Counted from the first letter of the stretch, positions 30,111 to 40,922 are shown. The stretch is DNA of 64,000 bases from an uncultured Pseudobdellovibrionaceae bacterium (GCA_963803705.1 CAWDNU010000001.1:480001-544000); one strand, 5' to 3'. Translations and numbers: made by a program. The notes: generated by a model not told the origin, from the letters alone.

Positions 30111-31442
30111 ATGGAAAGAATATTTTTTAAAATATCTGGTTTAGTGACTGCAACACTAATGAGTTTTTCGGCAAGTGCCGTTTGCCCTGATGGAACCCAA
30201 ACAGCCGGCGAGGTCTTTGGTAAGCCCACTTGCATACTGCAAGACCGCTATCCAAATGGATTGAATTTAGACGCTGGACATAACTGGTTACTTTCAGGCG
30301 GCGTGTTTATTGGAACTAATGATCAAGTTAACGATCCTAGCTTAAAAAAAGTCGAACTTAATATACAGCCAGGAACAAAAATTTATGGACGCACAGGTGC
30401 AGACTTTTTGGTTATTGATAGAGGAGCAAAAATAATTGCCAAAGGTACTGCGAACGATCCAATAATCTTTACATCTGCAAAACAGTCTAATAGGTCGCGT
30501 GGTCTTTGGGGTGGTATAATCATAAATGGTAACGCTCCGGTAAATGGTTGTGACACTTTAGTTTGCGAACTTGAGGGGGAAGGTTCTACGGGTTTTTATG
30601 GCGGTAACTTATCTGACGATAGCAGTGGGATTTTAAACTATGTCGTTATCGAATGGGCCGGTTTTGAAATAACACCAGATAACGAACTTAATGGAATTGC
30701 TTTTCAAGGTGTGGGTCAAGGCACTGAGGTCGACTTTATCCAGGTGCATATGAATTCTGATGACGGTATAGAATTTTTTGGCGGCAACGTAAATATCAAA
30801 CACGTTGTTTTAACTGGCATTAAAGATGACTCTTTGGATTGGACTGCTGGGTGGAAAGGAACGGCTCAATTCGTAATTATCAAACAATCTGATGATCAGG
30901 CTAATCATGGAATTGAGGCAGATAATGCAGGGTCACCGATGGACAGAATGCCCAGGTCAGCGCCGACATTAATGAATATGACTTTGATTGGGACAAGTTC
31001 ACAAACAGCCACTGGTGGATCAGGAATTTTATTAAGAAAAGGAACCGGCGCATATATCTATAACTCTTACATTTCAGGTTTTAAAAGCTCGTGTATCGAT
31101 ATAGATGACCTTGAAACCTTTAGAAATGCTACTGATGGAAGTTCTGAAAATAACCGTAAACCAGGAATTGTGTTTCAAAATGTCTACACATCATGCGCAG
31201 TTGGGTTCACACCAGTTGAAAACGATGAGCCATGGGGGATTCAGACTTGGTTCGAAAATCAAGTGGGGAACAGCGATGGTGTTGCTATGGATCTTGATGG
31301 ATTCGCACCATTAAAACCTATAACTTTGCAAACGATGGCTTCGCCTTCTCAGGCTAAGTTAATTTCTACAGATTATATAGGTGCTGTGAAAGACAATAAT
31401 GACAGATGGTTTGAAGGTTGGACAACTTCTGCAGACAACTAA
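30111..31442 (+). CDS. Secreted beta-helix protein of a family usually encoded beside TonB-dependent receptors
   Basis: Signal peptide; PIIFTS, GLWGGIIING, DNELNG, DDGIEFFGG, DDSLDW, GIEADN. Confidence 0.75.
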   Translation: MERIFFKISGLVTATLMSFSASAVCPDGTQTAGEVFGKPTCILQDRYPNGLNLDAGHNWLLSGGVFIGTNDQVNDPSLKKVELNIQPGTKIYGRTGADFLVIDRGAKIIAKGTANDPIIFTSAKQSNRSRGLWGGIIINGNAPVNGCDTLVCELEGEGSTGFYGGNLSDDSSGILNYVVIEWAGFEITPDNELNGIAFQGVGQGTEVDFIQVHMNSDDGIEFFGGNVNIKHVVLTGIKDDSLDWTAGWKGTAQFVIIKQSDDQANHGIEADNAGSPMDRMPRSAPTLMNMTLIGTSSQTATGGSGILLRKGTGAYIYNSYISGFKSSCIDIDDLETFRNATDGSSENNRKPGIVFQNVYTSCAVGFTPVENDEPWGIQTWFENQVGNSDGVAMDLDGFAPLKPITLQTMASPSQAKLISTDYIGAVKDNNDRWFEGWTTSADN

Positions 31443-31523
31443 AAAAACATATTTAAATTATGACTATACTTACACCTGCATAGAATTATGCAGGTGTATT
31501 TTAAGTTTATCCAGGAGAATAAT

Positions 31524-32327
31524 ATGTTTAGATTTACATTTCAAATTTTATTGGTTTCTACATTTACAATCCCATTCGCTTTTTCTAAAAATTTAAACTC
31601 CACTGAACTAAGTGAAAGTATAATTCTACTTAGAAACGAAGTGAGCGAATTATCAAACGATTTTAAAACTGAAAAAGAGCTTTTGAAAACAAAAATTCAA
31701 ACTTACGCTTTAGAAAAAATGGACCTAGAATCTAAAATAAGGCGTTCTAAGCTGCAACTAAAATCAATTAACGAAAAAATTAAAAATGCAAAATCTATAG
31801 AAAATATTGAAAACCCTGAGTTTAATCAAATTATTTCTAATTTTTTAGACTTTGAATTGGGCAGGTTAGCACAGTCCATGCCTTATAAATTAGAGCAAAG
31901 AAAATCCTATATTAAAGATTTAAGAGCTAAATTTTTAGATCACAACAATTCAGATGAAAAGACTTTACAACTTCTGTGGACCCATATTGAAGATGAGATA
32001 CAACTTTCAAAAGATGTAAGCTTAGATAAAGATATTTTAAAAATTAGCGGTCAACAAATTTTGGTAGAAATTGCTAAGGTTGGCATGCTTATGATGTTTT
32101 TTAAAACCAGTGAAGGTCAAACGGGCTACTTACGGTTTAGTAATAATCAATGGTCCCCTCGTTTCTTTGAAGACAATAAAAACAAACAGCTCGTGGAGTT
32201 ATTTATTGAAAACTTAAAAAAACAAATTCGCACAGGTTATTTTGAATTTCCAAGAATACCATTAAAAACTCTTTATAATATTGATAAGCAAAACGCAAAA
32301 TCCAAGGAGAACAATGAAAATGTCTAA
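31524..32327 (+). CDS. DUF3450 family periplasmic coiled-coil protein
   Basis: Signal peptide, coiled coil, MPYKLEQR, KVGMLMMFF; start moved to 31524 (AGGAG RBS). Confidence 0.75.
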   Translation: MFRFTFQILLVSTFTIPFAFSKNLNSTELSESIILLRNEVSELSNDFKTEKELLKTKIQTYALEKMDLESKIRRSKLQLKSINEKIKNAKSIENIENPEFNQIISNFLDFELGRLAQSMPYKLEQRKSYIKDLRAKFLDHNNSDEKTLQLLWTHIEDEIQLSKDVSLDKDILKISGQQILVEIAKVGMLMMFFKTSEGQTGYLRFSNNQWSPRFFEDNKNKQLVELFIENLKKQIRTGYFEFPRIPLKTLYNIDKQNAKSKENNENV

Positions 32328-33636
32328 ATCTTTGCCAATATCAATATTCGCAATTTTTGTATCTTTGACTAGTTATGCGCAGAATCAGAAATCCTCGTCT
32401 TTAACTGAAGCGTATCAAAGGGAATACATATACTTAACAAGTCAGAAAAAAAACTTGCTAAAATCAAAAAAAGAAACTTTAGAACATTTAAAATTAGATC
32501 TTATAAATATTAATAATCAGGTTGAAAGAAAAAATTTAAGTTTAAACCAAATTGAAAACTTGATTTTAAAAAGAAAGAATGAATTTGAATCTTACCAAGA
32601 ACTTGTAGCAAATAATAAAACCAACAAAAGAAAGATTGAGTCTTTATCAGAGCAATCTAAAGAAACATTGAAAAATTTTGGTTATATATTCCCAGATCAT
32701 TTAAGTGCCGAAGAATCCTTAAGTTTATCATTTAAAAATTCTGAAGATTTTTTAAAATCGATAGATTCGGTGCAAAAACAAGAAAAAAATATATTTGATA
32801 TAAATGGACAGAAGAAAAAATCACAGCTGTTTCAGTTTGGTCTGATCTCAACGATGTCACCACGTAAAGATGGAACTAACGTATTAGCTCCAGCAGGGTT
32901 GGGTCAACTTAAGGTTATTGGTCAAACCGAAAAGTACAATCCGTTTAAAAATTTTGATTCTAAAAAATCACAAAACTTTTTTATATATGATTCCATGGCT
33001 AAAACATATGAACCTAAACAGGCTAAATCTATAAAACAGATATTAGATTCCGGTGGAATAATTGGTTATGTGATATTAGTTTTTGGTTTGTTTGCCATTT
33101 TAATTGCTTTCAAAAGATACTCAATTCTTAGATTTTATGACTTTAGTGAATCTACAAAACAAAAAGTTATTAAAAGCTTAAAGCTAAGACAAATTAAGTC
33201 TAATACAGATGAGTCTGATAGTTTAAAGTGGATAGCTCATCCAGCTTTAGGCCCCATTTATTCTGAATTAAAATATCCAAATATAAAAAATGCTAGATCA
33301 GAGGCTGAAAATATAATTTTAAATGTTGATCAAAAAATTTCATCTTACAGTCCAGTCTTACTAGGTGTGGCAGCTGTGGCACCATTACTTGGTTTGCTAG
33401 GTACAGTAACAGGAATGATAGCCACATTTGACGTAATTTCTGAAATTGGTACTGGAAACCCTAAAATGTTATCAGGTGGTATTTCAGCGGCTTTAGTGAC
33501 TACCGAGTTTGGTCTTATTGTTGCTATTCCTTGTTTACTTTTAGGAAATTGGTTGAACTCATGGTGTAAGCGCATTTCCAGAAACTTATACGATATTTTT
33601 GATGCCACTGAAGTAAAAACAGAGCCAGAGGTTTAG
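32314..33636 (+). CDS. Long MotA/TolQ/ExbB protein (TtpC-like)
   Basis: Signal peptide, long periplasmic region, APLLGLLGTVTGMI, GGISAALVTT. Confidence 0.88.
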   Translation: MKMSKSLPISIFAIFVSLTSYAQNQKSSSLTEAYQREYIYLTSQKKNLLKSKKETLEHLKLDLININNQVERKNLSLNQIENLILKRKNEFESYQELVANNKTNKRKIESLSEQSKETLKNFGYIFPDHLSAEESLSLSFKNSEDFLKSIDSVQKQEKNIFDINGQKKKSQLFQFGLISTMSPRKDGTNVLAPAGLGQLKVIGQTEKYNPFKNFDSKKSQNFFIYDSMAKTYEPKQAKSIKQILDSGGIIGYVILVFGLFAILIAFKRYSILRFYDFSESTKQKVIKSLKLRQIKSNTDESDSLKWIAHPALGPIYSELKYPNIKNARSEAENIILNVDQKISSYSPVLLGVAAVAPLLGLLGTVTGMIATFDVISEIGTGNPKMLSGGISAALVTTEFGLIVAIPCLLLGNWLNSWCKRISRNLYDIFDATEVKTEPEV

Positions 33637-33639
33637 ATT

Positions 33640-34095
33640 ATGTTTATACTAGGTCTATTGATTGAAGGTGGGTGGGTTATGTGGCCACTCGCAATGACAG
33701 CTGTCTTGTTATGGTTTGGCCTTGGTTTTAGATTGAATTTATACAATCATTTAAATTATAAAATCAAAAATAAAACTTTAGATTTATGTGATCAAAATTT
33801 ATATTACTTAAATAGGTATAAATTCACGACACTTATAAAAAGCTTACTAGTTATCTCTCCGCTTCTTGGGTTATTAGGAACTGTTTCTGGAATGATTGAA
33901 ACTTTTGATTCTATGGCTGAAATGCAGCTTTATTCTCAAGGTGGTGGCATAGCCTCTGGTATATCAAAAGCATTATTTACAACTCAAATGGGTCTTGTAA
34001 TTTCTGCACCTGGCCTGCTGTTTTTTAAATTTGTTGAAAGAAAGATCACGGCACTTGAAGTCAACTCAAATGTTAACTTAAAGGACAAGGTATGA
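33640..34095 (+). CDS. exbB: ExbB proton channel subunit
   Basis: GGWVMWP, PLLGLLGTVSGMI, GISKALFTTQMGL. Confidence 0.88.
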   Translation: MFILGLLIEGGWVMWPLAMTAVLLWFGLGFRLNLYNHLNYKIKNKTLDLCDQNLYYLNRYKFTTLIKSLLVISPLLGLLGTVSGMIETFDSMAEMQLYSQGGGIASGISKALFTTQMGLVISAPGLLFFKFVERKITALEVNSNVNLKDKV

Positions 34096-34505
34096 AAAGA
34101 AATCGTCACTTAGCAGAAGAAAATATTGAGTCCGTAGACGTTTCACCACTAATAGATATGGTTTTTATTCTTCTTATATTTTTTATGGTAAGCACCACCT
34201 TCGTCAAAGATATGAAAGTCGACTTGGATCGTCCAGGGGCTTCAAGCAGTGACAATGCAGATAGTAAATCCATAAGAGTTACAATAGATCTTACAAAAAC
34301 AATATACATAGACGGCGAGCCTGTAAAATCCTGGATGATTCAAAGTCGTATTCGCGAAGCCCTCAAAGAGGATAAAAATACTTCCATTTTAGTGCTTGTG
34401 GATAAAAGCGTTGAATCCGATCTTTTAATAGAAATCGTAGATCAATGTCGCTTAGCTGGTGCCAACGATATAGGTGTTGCAACGGAGCAGGAATTTGGCG
34501 CTTAA
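34092..34505 (+). CDS. exbD: ExbD
   Basis: SPLIDMVFILLIFFMVSTTF. Confidence 0.93.
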   Translation: MKRNRHLAEENIESVDVSPLIDMVFILLIFFMVSTTFVKDMKVDLDRPGASSSDNADSKSIRVTIDLTKTIYIDGEPVKSWMIQSRIREALKEDKNTSILVLVDKSVESDLLIEIVDQCRLAGANDIGVATEQEFGA

Positions 34506-35223
34506 AAGATATAAAAGTGTTTTTTTTTACTTTAGAAATCGAACAAATGATCGAATTGGCCTACAATTAACAAATACGTTGTGGGGTGATCTGAATGAGA
34601 AGCTGAAAGTTAGATTAGGTCTACAAAACATACTTTTCATGAAATCATTTTTCTTTGGTATTTTTTGTTCAGGTCTGATTTTTTTCAGTCTGTACTGGAT
34701 GAACTTAAAAACGTCGACACAACAAGTTGCTAAAAAGAAAAGTAACACAAAATTCGAAATATTGGAAAAAAAAGTCAAAGTGCCAGAACAAGTCAAAAAA
34801 TCTGATCCAGAACCAAAAAAAGATTTGGCGCCAAAAATGGATTCAATATTGGAAGGTTTTGCATTTGGTATACCATCACTTGAGCTAGATTTAAATGGTG
34901 CTCAGGCAATTTTAAATGACGTCAACGGTGGAATAATGTCAGCGCAAGCTGTAGACACTTTACCAAGAAACCTTAGCCAGCCTAAATTAGATTATCCAAG
35001 TTCTGCTTACGAGAAAGGAATTCAAGGTTTTGTAGAGGTAAGTCTTCTTGTCAGTGAATTAGGCCAAGTTGAAAGAGTAAATATCTTAAAAGCAAATCCA
35101 AAAGGAATTTTTGAAGCTGTTACAAAGGCCAATGTAAGCCAGTGGAGGTTTGAGCCTGCAGAGTATAAAGGCCAAAGGGTTTCGGTATGGCTTAATCAAA
35201 CCATTAACTTTGCTTTAGAATAA
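34474..35223 (+). CDS. tonB: Energy transducer TonB (true start uncertain, possibly 34639)
   Basis: One TM; C-terminal YPSSA...IQGFV...WRFEPA...INF. Confidence 0.88.
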   Translation: MLQRSRNLALKRYKSVFFYFRNRTNDRIGLQLTNTLWGDLNEKLKVRLGLQNILFMKSFFFGIFCSGLIFFSLYWMNLKTSTQQVAKKKSNTKFEILEKKVKVPEQVKKSDPEPKKDLAPKMDSILEGFAFGIPSLELDLNGAQAILNDVNGGIMSAQAVDTLPRNLSQPKLDYPSSAYEKGIQGFVEVSLLVSELGQVERVNILKANPKGIFEAVTKANVSQWRFEPAEYKGQRVSVWLNQTINFALE

Positions 35224-35235
35224 TAGGAATAGTAA

Positions 35236-36465
35236 ATGAAAAATTGTTCTATTTTTTATATATTTAATCTACAGTCTACTTGCAAATGGCTTCTAAATTT
35301 CACATCTGGCTTAACATGCCTTTTGATAAGTAGTTCAATAGTAATGGCCCAGAATACTAATAAAGATAACTCTTCAAAACTTTATAGCGCCGAAATATTA
35401 ATTAAAAATTCAGATTTTAAAAAAGCAAAAATTTTACTTCATCAAGTAAATAAAAATTTATTAAGTCCTATTGAAAGCATTAGATTTAATTTCTTTAATG
35501 GTATGGTCTATTTTGAATCTAAGAAATATGATTTGGCTTTAACAAATTATTTGAAGGCTAAATCAAAAGTAAAATATCTTAAAGATAAAAATTTAGTAGA
35601 ACTTCAAAATGCAATCGAAACATTTATTGCACAAACTTATTTTGCTTTGAAACAGTATAAGAAGGCCATTTCTTCATTAAACACTCAAAAAAATAGATCT
35701 CAAAAGTCATACTTAATTTTAAGCAGTTGTTATTGGGAAATAGAAAAAAAAGACAAGGCTCTTTTGATTATTAATCGTGCCCTAATAAAATATCCAACAT
35801 CGGCAAACTTAATAAAACAAAGATCAATTTATTACGCTGAAATGGGTTTGCTTCATGAGCTTTACTTGGAAGCAAGCCTTCTTTTAAATTCAAAAGCACT
35901 AAATAAATCATACATTCTTTTTCTAGCCCATTTAATGAAGCAAAAAGATGAATTTGATCTAGCATTAAAACTTATGGAAAGTTTTTATTTAGCGAACCCC
36001 TATGATGCTGACATTGTATCTGAACTTGCGTTTTTGTACTTTTCTAACGACAAACTTTTGGCTGCAAAAGATTTATATATAAAAGCGGCTCAAATAGATT
36101 CAAAATATGCTTATCAAGCTGCTGAAACGCTTTTAAGAACTCAGGACTTAGTGTTAGCAAGTTTTTATAACTCGCAGGTTCCAGATCAAAAGAAAAAAAC
36201 CAAACAGCGATTTGTAATAGAGCTTAAAAAAAATAATTACAATGAAGCTTACTTTTTAAAAGAGGATTTAAATAGATTAAATCTTTTAAATGAGGATTCG
36301 ATTTTGTACGCATTGGCATATTGTGCTATTAAGATTGGAAAAAATGTTCAATCCATCAAATACTTAAATCAAATTAAATCCCCTAATTTTTTCAAAAAAG
36401 CACTTAAGTTAAAAGATTGGACAGAAGCTTGCCAGTTAGAAGGTGCATGGAAATGTATGATATGA
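35236..36465 (+). CDS. Periplasmic TPR protein of the TonB locus
   Basis: Signal peptide, helical Tyr/Ala-rich repeats, position after tonB. Confidence 0.75.
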   Translation: MKNCSIFYIFNLQSTCKWLLNFTSGLTCLLISSSIVMAQNTNKDNSSKLYSAEILIKNSDFKKAKILLHQVNKNLLSPIESIRFNFFNGMVYFESKKYDLALTNYLKAKSKVKYLKDKNLVELQNAIETFIAQTYFALKQYKKAISSLNTQKNRSQKSYLILSSCYWEIEKKDKALLIINRALIKYPTSANLIKQRSIYYAEMGLLHELYLEASLLLNSKALNKSYILFLAHLMKQKDEFDLALKLMESFYLANPYDADIVSELAFLYFSNDKLLAAKDLYIKAAQIDSKYAYQAAETLLRTQDLVLASFYNSQVPDQKKKTKQRFVIELKKNNYNEAYFLKEDLNRLNLLNEDSILYALAYCAIKIGKNVQSIKYLNQIKSPNFFKKALKLKDWTEACQLEGAWKCMI

Positions 36466-39400
36466 AATTTATAAAAAATATAGTTTTTACAAATTTTCTT
36501 ATTACCTACTTGATTATTCAGTTTGCCTGCAACACTTGTGTACAAGCCAAGCCGTCAAATAATTTTTCAAAAGGATCGCTAAGCGTCTATTTTTTTAATG
36601 CTAACTCGGTTTCTGGAACAGTTGATATCACAATTGTGAATTCAGAGACTAAGAAAATTTTAATAACAGAAAAAGTTAAAGAAGGATCATTTTCTGTAGA
36701 TATACCAATTGGTGACTATAAACTTAAATATAAATATAATCATAAATTATCTCATACTGAAAAATTCAGTATTTATGAAAATTCGCAGACTCAAGTGATT
36801 GTGTCTTTTGAAAATCACGAATACAAAGTCAATATAGAGCATCCCCAAACCATGATTTTTGATGCTGAAGCCATAAACCCTAAAAAAAGTGAATTTGCAG
36901 GTGAATCAAATAGATCTATTGTTTTAAAAGGCAAAGTTGTCGATATTAATAATTACAAACCCATAGATAAAGTAAATATTTTAGCCGGACAATCTAATAT
37001 ATCCACAGTGACAGATAAAGAAGGAAAATTTACTTTAACAATCCCAGAACACAAAATAAAAAAGTCAAAAATAGAACTTTCATTTATCCATGGCGAGTAT
37101 TCTACAAGTACGCAATATATCGATTGGCCTTTAAAGTATGGTGCTCCTGAAATAACTTTGAAACCTTCGGGAATATCATTAGATGCTATGACGGTTGTTG
37201 CTCCGCATGTGAAGGGCAGCCTGTCGTCAATGATGAATCAAAGAAAGACATCTATGTCTGTTAAAGACTTATTAGGAGCCGATCAAATTTCTAAATCCGG
37301 TGATAGTAATGCAGCATCTGCTCTAAGCCGCGTGACCGGACTAAGCCTTGTAAATGGAAAATTTATTTACGTGCGCGGTCTTGGCGAAAGGTACTCAAGC
37401 ACTTTACTAAATGGCAGCTTGTTACCAAGCCCAGATCCCTCTAGACGAGTTGTGCCTTTAGATATGTTCCCAACATCAATTATTGAAAGCTTGGAAGTGC
37501 AGAAAACATATAGTTCTGACCAACTTACAGAATTTGGCGGAGGTGTAGTAAACATTACAACTAAAACAATACCAGATAAGTTTTATGCCAAAGTTGGTGT
37601 TAACACAGGGGTCAGTTCTGAAGACGTGCTTTCAGGTTCTCAAAAGGGCCTTTTTCATTCGAGTAGTGATTCTGATTGGTTAGGCTATGATCGTGATGGA
37701 ATTAGGAAACTGCCCGCTGCTATTCAACAAGCCATAACCCAAGATCGTGACCTAAATGATATTATCGACGATGATCCTTTCGCATCGAGCACAGGAAAAA
37801 GCAAAGGTTTTACGGGTGAAGAGATTCAGACATTGGGTCGTAGTTTCGCAAAGAACTATGACGTGAAAGAAAAATCCCTACCAGTAAATTTCGGAAGTAA
37901 TTTTGAAATCGGTGATCAGCACAAAAGAGGCAATATCTATAAAATTGGTGCTACTGCCAAGCTTGCATATAGAAATTCAACCGACACAGACAATATAACT
38001 CAACAAAGAGTGGATATCGGTACTGGACAGCAAGGAGTGATTGCCCAAATCGATAAAAACACTGAAACGGAAAATACAATAAACATAGGTGGAATATTTG
38101 GTCTTGGTTTAGATATTCTCAAAAATCATAAATTTAGTATGACCCAAGTGCTTACCAGGTCCACCCTTAATTCGACAGTTCAGATTCAAAGAGATGGCCT
38201 AAATAACGTAGATGACTCAGCTAATATTTACCGCCTACGCTGGCAGGAAAGGGAGCTAAGATCAAATCAGCTAACTGGCAATCACTATTTTAACTCTTCA
38301 GGGAAAGGACCAAAAATAAATTGGTCTTTCACAAATAGCCAAGCCTCTTTAGACGAACCTGACTTCAGAGAATATTATTATTTGAATACGCCCAGCGGTT
38401 TGCAGTTTGCAGATGATAAGGCATATGGAAATCAACGAAGCTTTTCAGAACTAACAGAAGATTTAGCTGATTTCAAAATAACATTTGATAGTCAGGCGCG
38501 CTTGAAAACATCAAAAAATTTATTTATGGACGTGGCTTTGAAAGTAGGATTTCAAAGGATAAGTAAAGATCGCGAATTTAGTGTAAGACGATTCAAATTT
38601 AGAAATGAATCAACTTCGAATTCAAGTCTTAGCTTTGATCGCTCGGATCAGCCAAACCAAATATTAGCAGATGAAAATATAAGGCCAGGTGGTTTTAGGT
38701 TGAGTGAATCAACACTTCCCACTGACAACTATTTTGCAGATCAAAGTATCAATGCATTATTCGTACAAGCATCAAATACATTTAATCTTCGATACCAGAA
38801 TTCCCAGGGGTATGACTATCTGAAACCACAAATAGTTTACGGGTTGAGGCTAGAAAGATCTAATCAGAACGTGAATACATTCGACTTAAGTTCAAAGAAC
38901 GCACCCGTTACAACAAATCTTCAGACTAACGATCTGCTTCCTTCTTTAGGGTTTAATTTGGCGTTAAGCTCAAAACACAATCTAAGATTTGGCTTTACTA
39001 AAACACTTTCTAGGCCTGATTTTAAAGAGCTTTCACCGGCCAGATTTTTAAATGATATAGATAATATTTACGAACGCGGTAACCCAGATTTAGTTGCAGC
39101 TGCAATAATTAATTATGATTTCAGATGGGAGTGGTTTCCTACTTCAAAAGAACTAATCTCTGTAGGTTTTTTTATTAAAGAATTTGAAAATCCTATAGAG
39201 GCGTATGCTGTCAATTCCACTGAGGAAGTCAGGTCCTACAGAAATATCAATGGGGCCCAAAACTCTGGAATAGAACTAGAAGTTAGAAAAGATATTACTG
39301 AATTTATCGGTTCGGGATTCAACACAGAGATTTTTAGCAATTATTCTTTGATCGCATCCGAAGTAAGCCTTTCTCCGACTGAAAAAGGGGATTCAACGAA

Positions 39401-39734
39401 TGCAACCAGACCCTTACAAGGACAGTCACCTTATTTACTTAATTTTGGAATTGATTTAACTCTTCCTAAATATGATATGAATACGACGTTAGTGTATAAC
39501 GTATCAGGTAAAAGAATAACTGACGTAGGTGACGGGGGCAGGCAAGATATTTATGAACTACCTGTTCATCAGTTGGATTTATCATTGATGCAAAAAATAA
39601 AGAAAAATTTACAGCTTACTTTTAGAGCTCAGAATATTTTAGATCCAGAGGTAACAAGGACTCAGGGTGATTTTATGGTCTCTACTTTTAAAAGAGGCCG
39701 AGCTTTCAATATGGGTTTAGCTGCTGTTTTCTAA
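36462..39734 (+). CDS. TonB-dependent receptor with N-terminal carboxypeptidase-like extensions
   Basis: Plug ALSRVTG...YVRGLGERYS...VPLDMFP; SRPDFKEL, GNPDL, RPLQGQSPY, NILD, C-terminal F. Start moved to 36462 (ATGA overlap). Confidence 0.93.
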   Translation: MKFIKNIVFTNFLITYLIIQFACNTCVQAKPSNNFSKGSLSVYFFNANSVSGTVDITIVNSETKKILITEKVKEGSFSVDIPIGDYKLKYKYNHKLSHTEKFSIYENSQTQVIVSFENHEYKVNIEHPQTMIFDAEAINPKKSEFAGESNRSIVLKGKVVDINNYKPIDKVNILAGQSNISTVTDKEGKFTLTIPEHKIKKSKIELSFIHGEYSTSTQYIDWPLKYGAPEITLKPSGISLDAMTVVAPHVKGSLSSMMNQRKTSMSVKDLLGADQISKSGDSNAASALSRVTGLSLVNGKFIYVRGLGERYSSTLLNGSLLPSPDPSRRVVPLDMFPTSIIESLEVQKTYSSDQLTEFGGGVVNITTKTIPDKFYAKVGVNTGVSSEDVLSGSQKGLFHSSSDSDWLGYDRDGIRKLPAAIQQAITQDRDLNDIIDDDPFASSTGKSKGFTGEEIQTLGRSFAKNYDVKEKSLPVNFGSNFEIGDQHKRGNIYKIGATAKLAYRNSTDTDNITQQRVDIGTGQQGVIAQIDKNTETENTINIGGIFGLGLDILKNHKFSMTQVLTRSTLNSTVQIQRDGLNNVDDSANIYRLRWQERELRSNQLTGNHYFNSSGKGPKINWSFTNSQASLDEPDFREYYYLNTPSGLQFADDKAYGNQRSFSELTEDLADFKITFDSQARLKTSKNLFMDVALKVGFQRISKDREFSVRRFKFRNESTSNSSLSFDRSDQPNQILADENIRPGGFRLSESTLPTDNYFADQSINALFVQASNTFNLRYQNSQGYDYLKPQIVYGLRLERSNQNVNTFDLSSKNAPVTTNLQTNDLLPSLGFNLALSSKHNLRFGFTKTLSRPDFKELSPARFLNDIDNIYERGNPDLVAAAIINYDFRWEWFPTSKELISVGFFIKEFENPIEAYAVNSTEEVRSYRNINGAQNSGIELEVRKDITEFIGSGFNTEIFSNYSLIASEVSLSPTEKGDSTNATRPLQGQSPYLLNFGIDLTLPKYDMNTTLVYNVSGKRITDVGDGGRQDIYELPVHQLDLSLMQKIKKNLQLTFRAQNILDPEVTRTQGDFMVSTFKRGRAFNMGLAAVF

Positions 39735-39759
39735 TGATTTTAATTTTTTTTGATTATTC

Positions 39760-39968
39760 TCTACAAAGGTTTTTTAGAAGTTTAATTTTATCTAAGACTT
39801 AAAAGGCTCGGTCATACTTTGGCACTTGACCTGCAGAACTCGATCAGGGGCAGTAATGTAATTCAGCTTTTACATTTGTATATCGTAGATTATTTATGCA
39901 GGCCTTCACGCCAAAGAGCTCGCTTTTAAGGCTTAGATAAAATTAAACTTCTAAAAAACCTTTGTAGA
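39760..39968. repeat. Long inverted repeat / fold-back element
   Basis: Arms 39760-39805 and 39923-39968 match 45/46; inner stems CTTTGGC/GCCAAAG and CCTGCA/TGCAGG. Confidence 0.9.
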
Positions 39969-40436
39969 AAATAAAAAAATAAAATTAAGACTAAACATAA
40001 CAATTTTTCAAAATAGGTCACAGACAACTGTCTTTTAGTTTTTATTAGAGGAATTAACCATTCGTCGAAAATACCCTAGCTGGAGCCTTTTAATATTACC
40101 TTAATAAGCCTTAGAAAGTTCTGAGAAACCTACATGAAAGTTTTGGTTGTTGCTTAGTTTTGATCAGTTACTTTAAATAAAATCATCTTCCAAAAGTCTG
40201 TGGTCTATATAAAGAACTTTCACTCAATTGCACCCTTCAAAGCATTCTCCAAGTAAGTGTGAAGCTGAAGGACATACTTCGCTTCGTCGTTCTGGTCAGA
40301 ATTCTATCGCTTTAAAATGACAATTCATGGCACCTAACTTTGGTGCTTTAGACAGTTTTAATATGTTCTTGTATCAATATTCTCGTTCTTAGCATTGGGT
40401 TTTGATTAACTATGTTTCTTATGTATAAGTGTATAT

Positions 40437-40922
40437 ATGAAAATTTCTTTACTAGGCTCTGATAAGGGCGTAGAATTCTTTAATGATATACTTGCTTCCT
40501 TTGATTTCTCTAATGAAGAAAATTGGGTTATCAAGAGTAATTTAGCAATTGAGCTTAAAGAGATGGATTCTAACAGAACTTTTCTTATCGGCGAATTAAA
40601 TGGGATTTCAGTAGCTACAGTGCAGATTATATGGAAGAACGCAGACAATAATATTAGTCTTGCAAATGGGAAAAGTAAGGCACATGTGCATGGCCTTTGG
40701 GTAATGAAGAGTAAACAAAGAAATGGTCTGGCATTTAAGCTTATGAATAAAGTGGAAGATATAGTTAGAGACAGAAATTTCACGTCTTTGACTCTTGGTG
40801 TTGATGACTACAATAAAGCAGCATTGAACCTATACGAAAAGTTAGGCTATAAAAAATTTGATGAGGAACCGGGTCGGGAGCTAGGAGAAAAACTTTTCTT
40901 GTTATCTAAGACACTAGCTTAA
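40437..40922 (+). CDS. GNAT acetyltransferase
   Basis: VHGLWV..SKQRNGLA, LGV...N.AALNLYEKLGY. Confidence 0.88.
   Translation: MKISLLGSDKGVEFFNDILASFDFSNEENWVIKSNLAIELKEMDSNRTFLIGELNGISVATVQIIWKNADNNISLANGKSKAHVHGLWVMKSKQRNGLAFKLMNKVEDIVRDRNFTSLTLGVDDYNKAALNLYEKLGYKKFDEEPGRELGEKLFLLSKTLA

Noticed and set aside
39819..39835. Sigma-54 match TTGGCACTTGACCTGCA (GG-N10-GC)
   Set aside because: Lies inside the stems of the fold-back element with no nearby downstream gene.
40406..40783. 125 aa minus-strand ORF
   Set aside because: Antisense shadow of the GNAT gene.
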